A stretch of 54,421 nt of DNA from positions 1 to 54,421 of the IMG/VR virus record IMGVR_UViG_3300045922_000842; one strand, 5' to 3'. This DNA comes from a virus (Duplodnaviria; Caudoviricetes). The notes under the pieces were generated by a model, which was not told where the DNA came from, searched no databases, and was given only the letters and a program-made list of their open reading frames with translations. This document shows positions 29,921 through 40,711 of this stretch, piece after piece (position 1 is the stretch's first letter; each line of letters starts with the position of its first letter). Made by a program: the position numbers and the translations under genes.

Positions 29921-30426
29921 CTAGCGTTTACGGCGCCCATTAAAACTACTAGCATCTCCCTCAGTCTTCAAGTCCCCAATTTGTAATCGCCAGCTAACTT
30001 CTTCATCAATCCTAGAAAAATCCAACCTTTTATAAAAGGTCCCATAGAAAGTGATAAACGAGTTCCTTACCCCTCTTAAACTCTCAGTATTACCTACAAA
30101 GTAAATCTCAGCGTACTTATCCTTGTTAACCTTTTTAAACTCTTGAAACTCTCTCATGTTCCCAGCGACCACCATTATCTTATTCACGATTCCCCTTTCT
30201 TTATCTTGCCGTATTCATCCGTACCTCTTGCTTCGGCGTAATCTTTTCGAGCACGCTCGATACCGCCAAAGTTTGTATCTTTAATCAAGTAATCCCAGAT
30301 TATATCAAGATCTCGCCAACCCGAGAACCATCGATGAACCTGCCAGAACTTATAAGTTTTGGTCTCAAGTTGAATATAACGCCGGTAAGTTTTCTCGGTA
30401 GTAATCCAAAGCCCAAAAAGCCTCAT
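29921..30426 (-). CDS. Two small hypothetical genes (29921-30187, 30184-30426)
   Basis: Coupled minus-strand ORFs. Confidence 0.5.
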
Positions 30427-30538
30427 ACCTTATTTCTCCACTCTTCCCTTGTCTTTACCCTATCCATTACCCTTATATCTTGCTCTACTACTTCTTCCCA
30501 TTGGTTCAGGTTTGTGACTATGTACACATCATATCATC

Positions 30539-30567
30539 ATCGTATAGAAAAAAACCCTAGCTAGCAA
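30539..30567 (-). promoter_or_regulatory. Sigma70-like promoter
   Basis: TTGCTA-N17-TACGAT; spacer resembles that of the 28790 promoter (CTAGG + T run). Confidence 0.45.
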
Positions 30568-30572
30568 GTATC

Positions 30573-32860
30573 TCATGGTAGTGCCACCTTCAAGTAATAA
30601 AGTGTTATTTCGTGCAACTTCGTATGCTCAGTAGACCAGTGAACACAATCTAAACCTACAAAAGGATATTTCTTAGCTATCATATTAAGAGCATTTTGGT
30701 GCTCGATATTTCTAATGACTTCAGGGGAGACTGCCATATCCAAAGAAACCTTGCTAATCATACGCTTTAACAGAGGAATCTCTTTATACTTTACTTCCGG
30801 TAGACCTGCAAAATCTGAATCGTCGTAAGCTGAGTAACTCATAAACTTTGCTCCTCCGTTGTAACCTATACATAGTATACTATAAACTATGTACCTTGTA
30901 ATTTTTACAAATCTTTTTTTCACCATAATAAAACTCTGGATGTCCGCCCTCAACATACTCTTCCCTAGCATCTGGCCTGTGAACCATAAGATGCGTATAA
31001 ACTAGTCCTAAGATGTCGCCCCATTGCAACTCGTGTTCGTCAATCATTTGGTCTAAAACTTCTTCTAGCTTAAGAAGGTGTTCGCCTAGGGGCTTGGACT
31101 CTGTTGGTTTTAATAACTCAATAATCTCTTTAGCACACTTACCATCTGTAAGTCTGGAGTTTTCCCATTCAGCAAGTAACTTATTTAGTTTTTTAATAGT
31201 TTCACTTTTTTTCATAAACTAAGAACCCTCGTCATCCCAGAATTTAATTCTATTCGACTTTTGTATAGAGGCATATTCGACTGGGAATTTTGAAGTAAGG
31301 CCAGTAGCTTCTAAGCCCTTTAGCACATAATTCATTATTTCTTCAACAGAGGCAGAAGGATTAGCTTCTTTATACCCCTCATACCTAATTTTCATTAATT
31401 CAATCGCCTCACTGCGTTTCATAAGCTAAAACTCCCACAAAGATTGGTAAATAGCTAGTGCAGCAACAATCAGTACAGCAGACAACAGCACTCCAAAAAA
31501 TCCGTGGAAAAAATCATCAGAATGAATCCACTCTCGTGCTGAGTAAATAAAGAAAACAAGCCCAGCGACAAGTAAAAGAGTTGATACTAAATAAGAAATT
31601 AACTTGTAGGTTACCATTATTTTACCCAATTTTTTGCTACTTGATAGGCTTCAAACAAATCCTTGGCCCAGTCACTATTGTCTCTAGGGAACTCTTCCTT
31701 GCAATCTGGGCACCTTAAAGCTACGATTCCATCGTATATACCTATAAGCCCACCATCAATACCAATATACCTTTTCCAATGGGTAGCGGCATATAGGTGA
31801 GCTATATCTTTAGGAATCTCTTCACCAATCCAAGAAACGCCACACTTAGGACAATTATCCATTTTAACTTTCCTAACTACTTTTTAAATTTGTCAATCCC
31901 AAAAATGATCCGAATATTTTATTAAAAGTTTACTTAATAACTCTTTATCTTGTTTTTTTAAATACTCAGCGTGCTTGTATAAATCCCGCATTTTTTTATG
32001 ATACTGTTTTCTTTGGTCTAATGTCAACCGGTCTTCTCTAGTACTTTCCAAAGTAGTATAAGGGCCCCAAGTTTTATTTTCGCTGCCCAGCACCGGCTTA
32101 AAATAGTATTCTTCATCTCCGTACAGCCGGGTAAGTTCTTCGTCAACTAAATTGGAATACTCTTCTTTAGATAATCTATTGTAAAGCTCTTGGATGGTTT
32201 GTAGGGCTCGTTTGTGATTTTTATTAGGTAAGTGTACCCCGTCTATATAAAGCGCTTTGTAGAGCCTTTTATGCAACTCATAATTAAATGTAAAAATATA
32301 GCCGTAATCCCAGTCCTGATGCTTCCAGACAATGGGTAAAAACTCTATTACTTTTTTTAAATTCCTAAAAAAATTTAGTAGTCTGTGCATATATTTTAAG
32401 GTTACATACCAATTTTATAACATCGAAGCAGGTTTTCTTCTTTTGTTGCTTCACTTCTGATTTTTTTAATAACCAAATCTAATCTTTCTTTATAATACTG
32501 GTACTCTTTAAGTAATTCATTTGGAATAAAGTGCCCATGTTCCGCCAAGAGGGTTTCATCAACTACTCTTTTTGTTTGAGGTAGAATTTGACCTTCTAAA
32601 TAGAATGCTAAATTTAATTCCGAGTTTAAAGATATATAACAATTATTTTTCATTTTGTTTCCCTACTAACAAGAAGAATAATTCCTCCGACTACATATAA
32701 AAAACCAAGTGCATGAAGTGCTGCTTCCGAGTCAGATCTTAGCCCGTCATATAAAACAAATCCCAAAGTAATTAATGTAGCTGGTATAAAATAAATAAGA
32801 TTACGCATTTGTATTCCCAATAGGCAAAACAGTAGACATATTTTTTGGCTTCTTTGCGGT
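30573..32860 (-). CDS. Cluster of small hypothetical genes (30573-30842, 30880-31215, 31219-31422, 31426-31629, 31617-31862, 31893-32390, 32402-32653, small membrane ORF ending 32650)
   Basis: Tightly packed minus-strand ORFs; include two MKxSE-start proteins, a 2-TM protein and a CxxC..CxxC protein. Confidence 0.5.
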
Positions 32861-33088
32861 ATAAAAATCATATAAAACGCAATCAACTTCTGAAGGCAGT
32901 TTAACATACTTGGCGAGTAACTCAATCCGATTAGAAACTCCTTCTGATTTGTATATTTGTGTAATGTGCCATTTAAGGCCTTTAATAGAAAAAGAAAACA
33001 TGTCTTCAATTTCCCGAAGACTTTTACTAGTCAGCAGCTGTCTGAGTATATATTTCCTAGTCTCTTCCCCAATATTTTTTGAAGTCAT
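32801..33088 (-). CDS. LuxR/GerE-like helix-turn-helix protein
   Basis: SLREIEDMFSFSIKGLKWHITQIYKSEGVSNRIELL matches the LuxR C-terminal HTH pattern. Confidence 0.7.
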   Translation of the reverse strand: MTSKNIGEETRKYILRQLLTSKSLREIEDMFSFSIKGLKWHITQIYKSEGVSNRIELLAKYVKLPSEVDCVLYDFYTAKKPKNMSTVLPIGNTNA

Positions 33089-33106
33089 CTTCCCTCTCCC
33101 TCTTTC

Positions 33107-33550
33107 TTAGTTTCCAGTAGAACCAAATCCTCCAGAGCCTCGATTCGAGTCTGATAAACTAAGGGACTCTTCAAACTCTATTGTAGGATATGGCAACACA
33201 ATTAATTGACCAATTCTATCTCCAATTTTATAGTCGCCTCTATTTTTATTCTCCGCGGTCCAAAAAAACTTAAACTTAATCTCCCCACGATAGTTAGAGT
33301 CTATAACCCCAACACAGTTTGTTAAACTTAGGTTTGTTTTATATATTGATGAGCGCGGGAAAATAAGGCCTATATGTCCTTTAGGAATTTCAAAGGCTAG
33401 ACCAGTGCCATAAACTTCTAGATCTCTTCCGTGTTCGTTTACTTCGAAGGTTTTAGAAACGGCCACAAGATCGCAGCCCGCGTCTCCCTCTAGCATATAT
33501 TTTGGTAATTCGGCTTTGGGGTTAAGTTTTAAAACTTTAACTTTTACCAT
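33107..33550 (-). CDS. dut: dUTPase (trimeric)
   Basis: AGCDL, PRSS, GVIDSNYRGE, RIGQL, RGSGGFGSTG. Confidence 0.95.
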   Translation of the reverse strand: MVKVKVLKLNPKAELPKYMLEGDAGCDLVAVSKTFEVNEHGRDLEVYGTGLAFEIPKGHIGLIFPRSSIYKTNLSLTNCVGVIDSNYRGEIKFKFFWTAENKNRGDYKIGDRIGQLIVLPYPTIEFEESLSLSDSNRGSGGFGSTGN

Positions 33551-34249
33551 CTATTTCTCCTCTATTAGTTTAACTAAAGGCGTAAAAATCATTTGTCCTT
33601 TACGCCAATCAAGGAAATACAGTTCCATTCTTTTTTTCCAATTTGGTATTAATTTTTTAAACAAAGGAATTAGATTTAAAGAATATGCGGTAGAAAAGTA
33701 TGTTCCAAGATCGTCATTATTACCGAGTTTAAGAGATAGACCTTCTAGTATAAATGTTGTTAAACTGATCGGATAAATAAACCAATGCCATTTTTTACCA
33801 GCACTTTTTACCATTGCATGAATATGGTGAGGCAATAAAGGGTCGCGATAATTAAACCAAGAAAATCTTTTTACTTCGTGTAAATCAGTATAATAGTGTG
33901 GGTAAGGTTTTTTGGGAGTATTTGGCCAATCCCTATCAATATTTTGAGCAAAGAAAAATCTTTTTGCGTGTTGTTTTAAAATTTTATCTACTAAATCCTG
34001 TCTTTTCTGAACAGACAACGCTACTACAGTGGGTATTGTTTGGTCCCTACTTGTATTTCCAGGATTAGAGTGCCACTCCACAAGTCCGTCCCCAGGATGA
34101 CGAATTACATACCCCTGACCGTTGACTAATTTCTCTAAACTTAGAGTCGCCTTGTTATTTGTAGCAATAACATAAAGGGATGAATAGTGGGCACTATCTC
34201 CCCCAGAGCCGTTTTGCTCGACTATTAAGTTGTGGGCATCAATAAACAT
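33551..34249 (-). CDS. Hypothetical protein
   Basis: 232-aa ORF with GGAGG RBS; GGDS, RHP and SRDQ motifs; no family recognised. Confidence 0.55.
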   Translation of the reverse strand: MFIDAHNLIVEQNGSGGDSAHYSSLYVIATNNKATLSLEKLVNGQGYVIRHPGDGLVEWHSNPGNTSRDQTIPTVVALSVQKRQDLVDKILKQHAKRFFFAQNIDRDWPNTPKKPYPHYYTDLHEVKRFSWFNYRDPLLPHHIHAMVKSAGKKWHWFIYPISLTTFILEGLSLKLGNNDDLGTYFSTAYSLNLIPLFKKLIPNWKKRMELYFLDWRKGQMIFTPLVKLIEEK

Positions 34250-34261
34250 CGTGTCCTCCTG

Positions 34262-34462
34262 TCAAAACTTCCAAAGTGAGTCATAAATAACTACTGATCC
34301 CAAAATAAAAATACCGCCAACAACAATTCCTATCACTGCAATAGGGGCCTCGGTATGCCCCCAGATTAAGTCTCTACAGGATAAGGCTAGGCAAATAAAC
34401 CCAGTAAAACCAGTAATTATTGATAAAAAATAGCAGGTTATTTTATATAAAGTTGTAAACAT
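34262..34462 (-). CDS. Small two-TM membrane protein
   Basis: Two hydrophobic helices; similar to 31426-31629. Confidence 0.6.
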   Translation of the reverse strand: MFTTLYKITCYFLSIITGFTGFICLALSCRDLIWGHTEAPIAVIGIVVGGIFILGSVVIYDSLWKF

Positions 34463-34479
34463 ACTGTCTCCTGCTGTTC

Positions 34480-34508
34480 ACAATAACTGGTGTTTTTTGT
34501 TAAGTCAA
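34480..34508 (-). promoter_or_regulatory. Sigma70-like promoter
   Basis: TTGACT-N17-TATTGT. Confidence 0.6.
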
Positions 34509-34512
34509 GAAC

Positions 34513-35040
34513 TTACCCGCCGGCATAGTATTTTTTACTAGGTCTTTTATATGGGAACTTTTTGTTTGATCGTAACCAGTTGTCCTTAAAATAGCAATAG
34601 TTATTTGGCAAAGCTGCAAATTGCCCATTATCTAACTGAATTAAATTGTGTGTTTTATACTGCTCAGGATCTTCTGCAAGGCCCGATCCCTCATAGTCCA
34701 AAGTTAAAACATAGGAACCAGAAATCCCAAGTTTAGTGTCTAAATTAGCGTCTTTAAGAAGTTCATAAGAAACTAAACTCACTGGACCTTCTAGGCAGGT
34801 AAAAGGCTGTAATTCCTCGTTCGTTAAGGGAGTGCCCTTTATTTCAGGTCTAGATGTAATAGCCTCAATTGGTAACCCAGAAAAAATGGCACCATGCTCG
34901 GTATATACTGTAAACTGTAACGCTTTATTAGCAACGGCCTTAACGGCAACAAAATAGGCGGCAACGAAGTCATCCTTAACCCCGTCGGCACTTAAGTATT
35001 CACTTCTAATAAAAATTTTTTTCGCTGGTAAGTTTATCAC
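34513..35040 (-). CDS. Conserved-looking phage hypothetical protein
   Basis: EDPEQYKTHNLIQLDNGQFAALPNN segment; coupled to nrdA. Confidence 0.6.
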   Translation of the reverse strand: MINLPAKKIFIRSEYLSADGVKDDFVAAYFVAVKAVANKALQFTVYTEHGAIFSGLPIEAITSRPEIKGTPLTNEELQPFTCLEGPVSLVSYELLKDANLDTKLGISGSYVLTLDYEGSGLAEDPEQYKTHNLIQLDNGQFAALPNNYCYFKDNWLRSNKKFPYKRPSKKYYAGG

Positions 35041-37127
35041 TATCCCTCACATGCCACACACTCATCTGCTCCTCTGGACGCTAAATCGGCTCGAATCGGA
35101 GAAGAGCTTCTTAAATAATATAAAGACTTAAGTTCTTCTTTCCAAGCTTCTAAGTGCACACTGTTAATATACTTCGGATCGGAGTTTGATGCAAAGAATA
35201 AATTAATAGATTGTCCCTGGTCAATAAATTTTTGTCTTTGACCAGCTTGTTTAATAATAGCAAATTGGTTTATTTCTCTAGCGGTAAGAAATACTTGTTG
35301 TACTTCTTCTGGAATTTCTTTAATGCCGAATACACTACCTTCTTGTTTAATAATCTTATTCCACACTTCATCGGTATTTAATTTAAGCTCTTCTAGTGCT
35401 GCTCTTAAAATAGGATTATATTGAATAAAAGTTCCTTTAGCAGACTTTTTCACATAAACATTAGCTGCTAGGGGCTCAATGCCCGCTGACACATTGCCAG
35501 AAATAGTAGAGTTTGATACTGTAGGGGCTATCGCGAGTCTGTGGGTATTTCTAAGTCCCGTACCTAACATCCACTCAGGTTCACCTAATAACTGGGCTAA
35601 CTCTTTAGAAGCCTCTAGAGATTCTTTATCCAGTTTAGAGAATATTTCAGCATTTAACATCATGCTATGAAAAGAGTCAAATGGTAGTTTTTTAGATTGT
35701 AATAAACTGTGCCAACCTAAAACTCCTAAGCCCAAAGCCCTAGACTTAGTAGCGAAGTTACAAGCTCTTTCCAAACCTGGAATAGTTTTAGCTTTTTTAA
35801 TAAACTCTTCCATTACACCGTCTAGAAAGTATATAGCAATTTTAACTAAGTCAGTATTTTTCCACTCGTCGTATTTAGTTAGATTCAAAGAAGACAAACA
35901 ACAAACCAAAGAATGGTCTTTGTCTGTGTTCAAAAAGATTTCTGAGCAGTTTCCAGTCATAATACCGTTAGCTAGAGCAAACTGTGAACTAGACTCTACT
36001 GTTGTACAAAAAGCTGGTCCTGTTAACAAAGATTTTTTAACTCCAGTAACGGTGGCCACATGTTCGCCGACCATAACACTAATTAAAGAATATTCTTTTA
36101 ATTCTGTAGTGGGAACTAATCCAACCCCAATAACAGGCCACCTGTGGTTAGGAGTACAAACTACTATATCTTGATTATTAAATTCAACTTCATAAAATTC
36201 AGAGTAAGCTTGTGTCATTCTAAATGAGTTATTTTTAACCCAATTATATCCGTCAAAAATAGTAACTTCTAGACCAACTAAATCTTTGATAAATACTCCA
36301 CCAAATTCTTTAGTTAGTACTTTAGTTAGGGGATGTAAACAAAGATTTGAACCTTTGACTTCATACCAAGGTAAGTGTTTAGGATTGCCTTTCTGGGCAT
36401 GATCTGTAAAAAATAAATATGGCTCTCCTGTTTCAAACCTTGATTTCAATACTTCTGACCACAACTCTCTTTTTTTAGTATCCCCGGAAATTAAATCATT
36501 CATCCAGGAGTTTGAGATGTTAATTCCATGATGAACATTTGGACACCATCGGTTAGGGTCTCCTTCTGGCCTTCTAACTTTTAAAAACTCTTTAATGTCT
36601 TTATGTTCTATTGGTAAGTAGGATGCAAGTGCTCCCCGCCTAGTTCCTCCCTGATTTGTTGATGCAATCATAGAGTCAAATACTTTAAGCCAAGAAACTA
36701 CTCCGCTAGAATTTCCACCTTTAGATATCTTGTTTCCAGCGGGCCTAACATCTTTTAGATGGATAGATGTTCCGCCGCCGTATTTAGACATTAAAGCCGT
36801 TTCTTTAACAGTATCAAAAATATCACCTAAATTATCGGGGACATAAGACGAGAAACAACTAATTGGTAAAGCTCGTTCCGTTCCCATATTTGCGGCTACT
36901 GGAGTAGCTGGGCACAACCAACCTTTCCACATATAATCAAAAAACTTACTTTCAATTTCTTTTGGGTAATTTGCCGCAGCTGCTTTAGCTACTCTCTTGT
37001 ACATGTCGATAGGATTTTCATTCTCCAATAAATATCCATTTTTTAGAGTTGAGTACCCCTCTTCTGTTAAGAACTCTGGGGCTAAACCTAAATCTTTTAA
37101 AGTTTGTAAATTCATTAGTTCTCCCAA
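35040..37127 (-). CDS. nrdA: Ribonucleotide reductase class Ia alpha subunit (no ATP cone evident), intein-containing
   Basis: PISCF, GGG, NQGGTRRG, SNL/CSEI, AIAPT, DQGQS, SLYYLRS, terminal CVACEG. Confidence 0.95.
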   Translation of the reverse strand: MGELMNLQTLKDLGLAPEFLTEEGYSTLKNGYLLENENPIDMYKRVAKAAAANYPKEIESKFFDYMWKGWLCPATPVAANMGTERALPISCFSSYVPDNLGDIFDTVKETALMSKYGGGTSIHLKDVRPAGNKISKGGNSSGVVSWLKVFDSMIASTNQGGTRRGALASYLPIEHKDIKEFLKVRRPEGDPNRWCPNVHHGINISNSWMNDLISGDTKKRELWSEVLKSRFETGEPYLFFTDHAQKGNPKHLPWYEVKGSNLCLHPLTKVLTKEFGGVFIKDLVGLEVTIFDGYNWVKNNSFRMTQAYSEFYEVEFNNQDIVVCTPNHRWPVIGVGLVPTTELKEYSLISVMVGEHVATVTGVKKSLLTGPAFCTTVESSSQFALANGIMTGNCSEIFLNTDKDHSLVCCLSSLNLTKYDEWKNTDLVKIAIYFLDGVMEEFIKKAKTIPGLERACNFATKSRALGLGVLGWHSLLQSKKLPFDSFHSMMLNAEIFSKLDKESLEASKELAQLLGEPEWMLGTGLRNTHRLAIAPTVSNSTISGNVSAGIEPLAANVYVKKSAKGTFIQYNPILRAALEELKLNTDEVWNKIIKQEGSVFGIKEIPEEVQQVFLTAREINQFAIIKQAGQRQKFIDQGQSINLFFASNSDPKYINSVHLEAWKEELKSLYYLRSSSPIRADLASRGADECVACEG
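35949..36341 (-). mobile_element. Mini-intein (131 aa, no endonuclease) at the NrdA catalytic cysteine
   Basis: GSNL|CLHPLTKVLT ... CTPNH ... ANGIMTGN|CSEI. Confidence 0.9.
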
Positions 37128-38083
37128 ATTTTTGAAAAGTCTACAGAACCTCTAGAGTATGCACTTGGCTGCATGGCAAAAAAATCAGCGTGTTCAACTC
37201 CTGCTGACAGAGGTTCAAACCAAGAAGTTACTCTATTAACTGAATCAGAATCTATGTTTTTCCAATTACTTTTTAGTCCAAGGTCTTTTAACTTGGTGTT
37301 AGCTCGGTGCCGTATAAATTGCTTTAAATCTTTAGAATCTAGTCCTTCTACGTGACCAGCACTAAAACTAAAGGCTTGGTCTATAAAATCGTCTTCAATT
37401 TTAACTACAATCCTAGCTGCTTCATATAAAGGTTTTTTAAATTCATCTGTCCAAATGTCAGGAAACTCTTCTTTAACCTGATTAAACAATCTACAACCAA
37501 ACTCGGAGTGTAAACTTTCATCCCGAATACTCCAAGAAATAATTTGTCCAACGCCCTTTAATTTATTAAATCTACTAAAATTAAGTAAAATAGCAAATGA
37601 GCTAAATAAAGAAACGCCCTCACCAAAACCACTAAAAACTGCTAAAGACCTTGCTATATCTTCAATGTTTTTTGTTTTAACTAATACCCAGTTGTCTACT
37701 TTGGCTTTAGATACTGGGTCTGTTAAAAATTCTGAAAAATTGTTAATTCCCAAAGTATCGTTTAAATGAGCGTAAGCCCGTTGATGGATGGATTCAAAAG
37801 CACTCATAATAGCCGCAGCTTGGGCAATCTCTGGATGGGGGAACCAATTAGCAACATTTCTCCAATAGTCACCAATTAAAATTTCTACTTGAGTAAATGA
37901 TTTTAAAATGCTACTGATTAAATATTTTTCGGAGTCTGTCAAAACCATTTGCCAATCCATTATATCAGATTGCATGTTTACTTCTTCTGGTAACCAAAAT
38001 GATCTTAGCGAGTTTTGGCTGTACTGATCTGCAAATTGATAAATAAAAGGTTTATAGGTCTGTCGCCTATGAGTAATTTTCAT
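37115..38083 (-). CDS. nrdB: Ribonucleotide reductase beta subunit
   Basis: FWLPEEV, ESIHQRAY, EGVSLFSSF, WSIRDESLH. Confidence 0.95.
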   Translation of the reverse strand: MKITHRRQTYKPFIYQFADQYSQNSLRSFWLPEEVNMQSDIMDWQMVLTDSEKYLISSILKSFTQVEILIGDYWRNVANWFPHPEIAQAAAIMSAFESIHQRAYAHLNDTLGINNFSEFLTDPVSKAKVDNWVLVKTKNIEDIARSLAVFSGFGEGVSLFSSFAILLNFSRFNKLKGVGQIISWSIRDESLHSEFGCRLFNQVKEEFPDIWTDEFKKPLYEAARIVVKIEDDFIDQAFSFSAGHVEGLDSKDLKQFIRHRANTKLKDLGLKSNWKNIDSDSVNRVTSWFEPLSAGVEHADFFAMQPSAYSRGSVDFSKIWEN

Positions 38084-38101
38084 TCGAAGTCCTCTCCCAA
38101 A

Positions 38102-38545
38102 CTACGAAAAAGATAAAAAATAAAAATTGTTTTTAAACTCTAACTGTGTTCGTAAATCTTTGGCTTGTTCAATGCTTACTAAATCTTGTCTTTTTTCTTT
38201 AAATACTATTCTAGTTATACCAGCATTGCAACACAATCTTACACATACTTCACACGGGCTGTGTGTACATACCAGCGTTGTGTTTTCCGTTTTAATTCCA
38301 TGCCTAGCTGCATTACATAGTAAATTTTGCTCGGCATGTAAAATGTATCTGTATTTATTTGGTCTAGTATTTGGTAACTGATCGTCGGGAGCGCCGCGAA
38401 TAAACCCATTGTAGCCGGTAGCTATTACAGAGCCCGATGAGTTATCAATAAGCACGGCCCCAACTTTAGTCTCAGAATCGTGTGATCGCAGGGCACAAGT
38501 CTCAGCAAGCTGCATCCAATTTGAGACTTTATCCTGTCGTACCAT
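38102..38545 (-). CDS. dCMP deaminase
   Basis: KVGA, TGYNG, HAEQN, SPCEVC. Confidence 0.9.
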   Translation of the reverse strand: MVRQDKVSNWMQLAETCALRSHDSETKVGAVLIDNSSGSVIATGYNGFIRGAPDDQLPNTRPNKYRYILHAEQNLLCNAARHGIKTENTTLVCTHSPCEVCVRLCCNAGITRIVFKEKRQDLVSIEQAKDLRTQLEFKNNFYFLSFS

Positions 38546-39956
38546 TATTGACCGCCCTTTTCCTTAATTAATTCTACCAAGTATTTTTGTTTCATGTCGT
38601 TAGCCTTAATAGCATCCTTAAAAGGTGCTTTAAGTTCTTTTAATTCTTCTTGAAGCTGCTTAATATCGTCCCTACCAACTAAATCCTCTAAGATTTCTTG
38701 TCGGTGCTTTGCTAAAGTTACAAGGTGTGTTTCTAATTCTGACACAGACCTACCGTTTAGCGTATCTACCCAAGACCCATGCTCTTTTTCTACTTTAATT
38801 TTAAATTTACTCATTTTGACTCCTTTTGTTTAAATTCAATTATAGCTAAACTTATAAATGAGCTCATATAGTTTTCTGCAATAGCTTTTGCCTGATCGTC
38901 AAACTTAGCATAAAAAGAAAATATTGTAAACCCAGTTTCTGATACAATTTTATAATAAAAATTTCTCTCTTTTACTAAGAAAACCTTCTTAACTGTCACT
39001 GTAGTCCTTCTTTTGTAAAGAGCTCGTAGTCTTCTGTTTCAACTTGCGCACAAACACTCTTGACAATTGTTTTATCTCCTAGAATAATATGGCTTATGTT
39101 ATCAGCTGGCAAAGCTAAACACCACCCTAGAGAAGCAGCTATCTCCGCAATTTGCTCAATTTTATCTTTTTTCGTATCGCCCATATTCGACCTTACAATG
39201 TTCAACTGTTTCTTTTTTGATCATTCCATTTTCAGTCACGCAACAATTTACCATATAGTCCATACATTTAAAATTGTCGTCAGTAGGTGGAGTAGGATTA
39301 TTAAATCCACAAAATACAAAAATAACTGCTGCTAATTCTGCTGCTGTCATGCTTACCTCTCTATTCGTCTTTATAAACTTCGTTAGGATCGATTCCCAAT
39401 CGTCTTAATACTCGTTTTACTTTAACCTCAACAGGAGTATCTCTTTTTTCTACACCGATATCAACACCCAGTTTTTTAAGAGCTTGCCTAAGTTTAATTT
39501 TAATTTTATGTGGGCTAGACGCTGAATAGGACAGGATAGGTATTTCTCCAATGGCCGTGATAACTGAACCACTTTTATTATCTTCATTAATTAAAAGTTT
39601 TAATTGAGTGCCGTCTTTATCGGTAAAAACTCGCATGGAAACTTTTTTACCGTCCGATCTTTTTACATACTTAACTCTGAGCATTAGTGTACTCCCTCAA
39701 ATTCTTTTGTGTAGTAGAGATAAATTACTGTTTTAATCTCATCGCAATCAAAAGCCTCTTCGACTTCAATGTAGTTTAAATCTTTTCTAGTTCTAGCAAC
39801 TAGAAGTTTCAATGCGTTTATTATTGTTTCTTTTGCTTGATCCTTACTCTGATCTTTTGCTTTTAATAAGGCTTCGCGGTAAATTGAGTGCAGCTTTAAA
39901 ATTTTTTCCTCATAAAGCAGGGTTTCTGCAATGGAATACTCAATTGCAATACTCAT
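38545..39956 (-). CDS. Six small hypothetical genes (38545-38814, 38811-38999, 38996-39205, 39162-39350, 39361-39684, 39684-39956)
   Basis: Coupled minus-strand ORFs with RBSs. Confidence 0.5.
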
Positions 39957-40066
39957 TTACAACCTCAGCAAACGCACTTTTATAACATAAACCATCATAC
40001 AGCCAATACTTTAAAAAAGCTAGTAAAATAAATCCTATATACGCAATATAAATATAAATTAAAATT

Positions 40067-40711
40067 TTACCTAGAAGTAGCATTAATCCTCCGGCATTCT
40101 TTGTCAAGAATTTTATTTAGATACTTGGGTGCTGAAAATGAAGTTCCCCAAAAAGTTCTGTTTAAAGCAAAAATCTTACCCGATATATCGTTAACAGTCC
40201 AGTCCCCTTTTGAGGCTGCGCTCATATCGTTTGCAGAAATAGTTCGTACATTTGGATAGTGTTTTGCATAAGATTGTGGAAACCTATCATGCTTATTTAA
40301 ATCAACTCCGTGATTTCCAGCTGAAATTATTATTTTTGTTTTGCTTTTTGCAGCTCGGTCAAAAGCCTTTCTTTCAATAGCAAACGGGGAAGCAGTACCC
40401 TCGTATGGAATAAGTACAAACTTAATATTACTGCTTATAGCTTTATTGATACACTTTGCGACTTCCCAAGCATAAATAGTTTCAGATTCTAAGCAAAGAT
40501 GAATTTCAACTTGAGAACAAAGTCGGTTAGGATTTGTTGTTAGTGTGTGTATAGTTAAGAGGCTATGTAGGGAGTTTGTTTGCTTTTTAGTTCTGAAAAC
40601 TCGATGAGACACCATGGGGTGATCATAAAAAGCTGTGTCAATAACCATAACTTTAATTGGCTCGGCTAAGCTTATGAGTGGACAAAGAGTCAGAAATAGA
40701 AGTGTTCGCAT
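40067..40711 (-). CDS. Compact subtilisin-like (S8) serine protease with signal peptide
   Basis: VMVIDT, SLHS, ISAGNHG, GTSFSAP; start MRTLLFL after GGAG. Confidence 0.75.
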   Translation of the reverse strand: MRTLLFLTLCPLISLAEPIKVMVIDTAFYDHPMVSHRVFRTKKQTNSLHSLLTIHTLTTNPNRLCSQVEIHLCLESETIYAWEVAKCINKAISSNIKFVLIPYEGTASPFAIERKAFDRAAKSKTKIIISAGNHGVDLNKHDRFPQSYAKHYPNVRTISANDMSAASKGDWTVNDISGKIFALNRTFWGTSFSAPKYLNKILDKECRRINATSR

